DNA of 64,000 nucleotides, taken from Desulfatiglandales bacterium. Lineage in GTDB: Bacteria > Desulfobacterota > DSM-4660 > Desulfatiglandales > Desulfatiglandaceae. How positions within the stretch are numbered: position 1 is the stretch's first letter; every line of letters starts with the position of its first letter. Position numbers and translations under genes: made by a program. Under the pieces are notes generated by a model. The model made no database searches and had not been told where the DNA came from. It saw only the letters and a list, made by a program, of their open reading frames with translations. The stretch covers positions 1,312,001 to 1,376,000 of the forward strand of contig OY759599.1 in assembly GCA_963662465.1 (NCBI GenBank), given 5' to 3'. Shown here one piece after another: positions 60,029-64,000 of this stretch.

Positions 60029-63000
60029 ATGAACTCAATTTTAAATTCCTGTGAACCCCGCCCTGACATTATTTCAGGTACGTTTAATCCCGAAATTTTC
60101 ACCGCGTCTCTGAGCGAGGTGTTCCGGTTTTATTCCGGACGTGGAACGGGTATCAACGCCATCTATACTGATGCGGAGCAGTTTTTCAGGGAAGGCACCT
60201 ATGCCACGGACGGCATGCGGATGGTTATTTCCGAGGTTTTCAGCCGTCTTTCCGGTGATAATACGGCCCCGGCGATCCACCGTCTCGAAACCGCATTTGG
60301 CGGAGGGAAAACCCACACCCTGATTGCGTGTACCCACCTGGCATACAAGGGAAAAGAAGCGGCGGGTTTCGCGGGTGACATAATCGACGCGAGCCAACTG
60401 CCCGTTCCCGGAGAAATCCTGGTAGCAGGGATAGCAGGGGATGAACTTCCCGTTCAAAAACCCAAAGGTACAAGGCTCATCCCCTACACGCTATGGGGGG
60501 AAATCGCCTACCAGTTGGGGGGAGAAGACCTCTATGGTCAGGTGGAAGATGAAGCCGCCTCTCCTGCTGCCCCCGGAAAAAATTATTTCGAGACCGTATT
60601 TGAAGACAGGAAAGTCCTTCTCATGATCGATGAGCTGGCTCAGTATGCGGCCCGGCTATCAGCCGCCATGCCGGATGGGGGAAATCAATTGGCGGCATTT
60701 TTGATGTCCCTTCACGGGTATGCCAGGACCCGGTCCGGTATGGCCATATTGCTCACGTTGGCCAGCGCCACAGATGCCTTTGCCAATCAGACCGCGCAAT
60801 TGGTCAAACTCTTGTCGGATGTCATGGGAAAGGAGATCTCCAAAGACGCCGCAATGGGTATCGGTCAGCAAGCCATCAGCGGCGTGAGCAGCGTTGTGGG
60901 GCGGGATGCGACTGCCGTTGTTCCGGTTCAGGCGGCTGAGATTTCCCGGGTCTTGGCCAAGCGGCTGTTTAACCGCATTGAACCCTCTGATGCAGACGCC
61001 ACAGCCAGGGCTTATGAAGCGCTCTATGTGAAAAACGCATCCCTTCTCCCGGATGATGCCATCCGGTCCGAATTTCTCGAACGGATGAAGGCCAATTACC
61101 CGTTTCACCCAACTCTGATCGATTTTCTCAACAACAAACTGGCCGCTTCCGAGGATTTTCAAGGGACGAGAGGTGTATTGCGGGTTCTCGCTTTGACCGT
61201 GCGAAATATCTGGAGAAGGGAAGTTGAAATACCCATGATTCATACCTGCCATATTGATCTCCGGGATGCACGGACAGTGAACGAAATGCTGGCACGGACC
61301 GGGGGCGGCGATCTCCTGCCGGTCTTGAATGCGGATGTGGGCGGCGCGGACACGGAGCGGATTGAAGGGGGCGTCAGCAACGCGGAACTGGCTGACCGCC
61401 GGAATCCCCACCCCGAAAAATGGCCCATGTATGAGTACACCTGGAAGACCATTTTCCTTCACAGCCTCGTGGGTCGGGAGCAGGGGCTGGAATCCAATAT
61501 TTTCGGACTCACCGAACAGGAAGCCCTGTTTCACACCGCGTTTCCCGGGCTCACTCCGCCGCAGATCAGTGAGGCCCTCAAGGAGATCAAGAGCAGCGCT
61601 TTTTATCTGCGACTCAACCAGGGTCGCTATTACGCCAGCCTGGACCCGTCGGTGAACATTGCGCTGGCCAAAATCAGCCGGTCCCTGGTAATAGAGGAGA
61701 TTGATGACCTCCTTAACGTGAAGGCCCGCAAGGTGGTTACCGCCAATGTCAAAACCTTTCATGTGGTACACGATGTGGCCATCCCCGAACACATTCCCGA
61801 CAACAAGGGGATTCCGGTTCTCGCCCTGGTTGCACTGGGGGCGGAGGAGGTGAACATGGAAGATTTTATCACCACCGCCGGGCTCAACCGGCCGCGCATC
61901 GAACAGAACCTGGTCCTGGTCCTGGCGCCTGAAACCGTCGTTTCAAGGATCGGTGGCAGCGATCAGGCATCTCTTTTTGGCAGGGTTGCCTCTCCCGCGG
62001 AAGAGGCCAAAAAGCGTCTTCATGATCTGGGCAGGACTGTCCTCGCAATGGCCAGGTTGAAAGACAAACCCCAAAATTACGGTATCAGCCCCAAGAAACT
62101 GGAGGACGAAGGATTCAGGCAGCGATTCAGCGAGCGGGACAAAGCCCTGGAAACAGCCGTTACTGAAACGTACAAAAAACTCTGGTATCCATCCTCCGAC
62201 GGAAAGATCACGGCCAAAGAAATCCGTACGGCCGGCGGTGAGGGGGGAGTCCCTGTCCTCGAACAGATTCGGAAAACCCTCCTGAATGAAGGCGAGCTTG
62301 TAACGGCTGAGCACTGCACCCAGTCCGGATTAACCAATCTCAAAGAATTGTTTTTCGATCGCGCCGATACCATACTGGTTAAGAAACTTCGGGAAAATTT
62401 TGCCCGCATTCGCACCTGGCCCATATTGGATGCCCCTTCACTGATTGAGCAGATTGTGCGAGAAGGGGTCCGCAAGGGTTTGTGGTGCCTTTTCCGCATG
62501 GGAAGCGATGAGAGTACGAAAACGGCGGAGTTTTATGATCGAGACAAAGGCGATCTCCCCTTTGAAATTGATCTCACAAAAGACTATTCCATTGTCACCC
62601 CGGATGGCTCCCGCAAACGCGGCTGGAGTACGGACAAAGGACCGGATGTGGCCAAGGTTGAGCTGTATGTGAGTCAGGTGGCAGGCGATCAGCAGATTGC
62701 TACCGTACGCTATATTGCTGAATCCATCAATAACCAATGGGGCGATATGCCGGCGCAGACTGTCAACAAAGCTATCACCAAATTGGTCCAGAGCGAACGT
62801 TTGATGACCTACAAAGGTACTGTGGATCAGGAGGAAAAGCCCGACCTGATCAGCGGAACCAAAGCCTCCTTTTACAGCGTGGAAGATGAAGATGTTATTG
62901 TGACCCCGAAAAAGGCAGCGGAAAAGGGATGGGTTGAGGCGAAAAAATCCGGATTTGATCTGGTAGGAAGGCAGGCCGCCCATATCCTGCTGCCCATGCT

Positions 63001-63286
63001 GCGAAAGATCGGCTCCTTTTATGAACGGGGTGCAAAGACAACCATAGACAGTTTGGATTTGAGCGATATGGAACTCCCCGGTGGCGGAACCCTGCGGATC
63101 AGTCTTTCGGAGGTGCCGCCCCAATCCATGAAGGATCTGGGGGAATTTCTTGAGACAGTGGCGGGTCTCGTGAAAATGGGAGACAACACCGAAGGTTATC
63201 TCACCGTGAAGGAGCGGGTAAAAGATTGTCCGTTCATGGAAGAGCTCAGTAAAGAGAAAAACAAGAAAGATCAGGACAAACCATGA
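60029..63286 (+). CDS. DUF499 family AAA+ ATPase
   Basis: LETAFGGGKTH, LMIDEL, VLAKRLF, YPFHP and FQGTRGVLR; RBS GGGAG. Confidence 0.85.
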   Translation: MNSILNSCEPRPDIISGTFNPEIFTASLSEVFRFYSGRGTGINAIYTDAEQFFREGTYATDGMRMVISEVFSRLSGDNTAPAIHRLETAFGGGKTHTLIACTHLAYKGKEAAGFAGDIIDASQLPVPGEILVAGIAGDELPVQKPKGTRLIPYTLWGEIAYQLGGEDLYGQVEDEAASPAAPGKNYFETVFEDRKVLLMIDELAQYAARLSAAMPDGGNQLAAFLMSLHGYARTRSGMAILLTLASATDAFANQTAQLVKLLSDVMGKEISKDAAMGIGQQAISGVSSVVGRDATAVVPVQAAEISRVLAKRLFNRIEPSDADATARAYEALYVKNASLLPDDAIRSEFLERMKANYPFHPTLIDFLNNKLAASEDFQGTRGVLRVLALTVRNIWRREVEIPMIHTCHIDLRDARTVNEMLARTGGGDLLPVLNADVGGADTERIEGGVSNAELADRRNPHPEKWPMYEYTWKTIFLHSLVGREQGLESNIFGLTEQEALFHTAFPGLTPPQISEALKEIKSSAFYLRLNQGRYYASLDPSVNIALAKISRSLVIEEIDDLLNVKARKVVTANVKTFHVVHDVAIPEHIPDNKGIPVLALVALGAEEVNMEDFITTAGLNRPRIEQNLVLVLAPETVVSRIGGSDQASLFGRVASPAEEAKKRLHDLGRTVLAMARLKDKPQNYGISPKKLEDEGFRQRFSERDKALETAVTETYKKLWYPSSDGKITAKEIRTAGGEGGVPVLEQIRKTLLNEGELVTAEHCTQSGLTNLKELFFDRADTILVKKLRENFARIRTWPILDAPSLIEQIVREGVRKGLWCLFRMGSDESTKTAEFYDRDKGDLPFEIDLTKDYSIVTPDGSRKRGWSTDKGPDVAKVELYVSQVAGDQQIATVRYIAESINNQWGDMPAQTVNKAITKLVQSERLMTYKGTVDQEEKPDLISGTKASFYSVEDEDVIVTPKKAAEKGWVEAKKSGFDLVGRQAAHILLPMLRKIGSFYERGAKTTIDSLDLSDMELPGGGTLRISLSEVPPQSMKDLGEFLETVAGLVKMGDNTEGYLTVKERVKDCPFMEELSKEKNKKDQDKP

Positions 63287-63897
63287 CAGGAAAACAAAAA
63301 CCATCCAAAATAGATGAAGCCCGTCATCTTCAACACATCAAGAAGTCGCTTACGAAGGCCCCCTGGGCTCTCAGGATCACCGATCACAGTGACAAGCCTG
63401 CCCCGGTGATGATTGTGAAGGAGCGCATTCTTCCACAGCAAAGGGTGGATACGGATGACCTTGTGGCGCCGAGATCTATTCTTAGGGAACGGGGTTTGCT
63501 GTACGGCCCCCCCCAGTTGCGGTGCCTGCCGGTGATCCGAACCATCCTGACGCGCGTCTGCGACAAGGCAGGTATCCCCCTTGAACTGCAGCAATTCCTC
63601 CAGGGGAAAAGAATTTCTTTCCGTGGCAACCTTCCCCTGGATGAAGAAGCCGGATGCAAGCTGGCCCTCCTGTTCAAGCTCCAGGAAAGGATCAAGGAAA
63701 TGGATCGGGTGGAACTGATTGCCCGTCGGGTAGACCGGTTTACCCGGGAAGAAGCGGCGTACTGGCATTCCCGGGTCACCAGCTTCGGAGATGCGGCCAA
63801 CCGGTGGGCCGCAGCCGGCATGAAGGTGATGCTGGCTGGTCAGTCCCGGGATCCCAACGTCGCAGTCATGCTGGAGGAACTAAGGCAAAAATACTGA
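63283..63897 (+). CDS. DUF499-associated hypothetical protein
   Basis: ATGA overlap with DUF499; LDEEAG.KLALLF..REEAAYW..RWA. Confidence 0.7.
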   Translation: MTGKQKPSKIDEARHLQHIKKSLTKAPWALRITDHSDKPAPVMIVKERILPQQRVDTDDLVAPRSILRERGLLYGPPQLRCLPVIRTILTRVCDKAGIPLELQQFLQGKRISFRGNLPLDEEAGCKLALLFKLQERIKEMDRVELIARRVDRFTREEAAYWHSRVTSFGDAANRWAAAGMKVMLAGQSRDPNVAVMLEELRQKY

Positions 63898-64000
63898 AAG
63901 ATGCTAAGATATTAATCTTTTATGTCTGTCTGGCAGCCCCGCCTCCACACCGGTGCAAAAAAAACATTGCAAAACGGAACCAGAAGGGTTATTTTGTATG

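Noticed and set aside
1..64000. tRNA, rRNA, riboswitch or prophage genes
   Set aside because: None recognised by eye; a covariance-model search would be needed to exclude small RNAs.

Overview
About 50% GC window from an anaerobic bacterium, probably Desulfobacterota (inferred from gene content). It has three parts. (1) 1-13.7 kb: a PAS histidine kinase, then a co-oriented anaerobic acyl/aryl-CoA catabolic cluster: Fe-S Old Yellow Enzyme, V4R-like protein, two ferredoxins, VOC/epimerase, HdrA, HdrA-MvhD, HdrC-GltD fusion and a 3-hydroxyacyl-CoA dehydrogenase/enoyl-CoA hydratase. (2) About 16-56 kb: a highly mosaic accessory region. It holds seven type II TA loci, Fic, DUF4143 ATPases, three paralogues of a Zn-ribbon/2x alpha-CTD/sigma4 protein, three broken copies of a DUF6880-like gene and many gene scraps. 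It also holds several REP families, a TIR-flanked Y1/RAYT HUH transposase with a non-autonomous derivative, a MITE with 8-bp TSD, a probable small selenoprotein, and a complete group II intron inserted precisely into a REP hairpin that matches its putative EBS1. (3) 57-64 kb: a UvrD helicase with a nuclease-like insert and the start of a DUF499 ATPase restriction-like defence locus. All calls come from visual motif recognition; no database searches were run.
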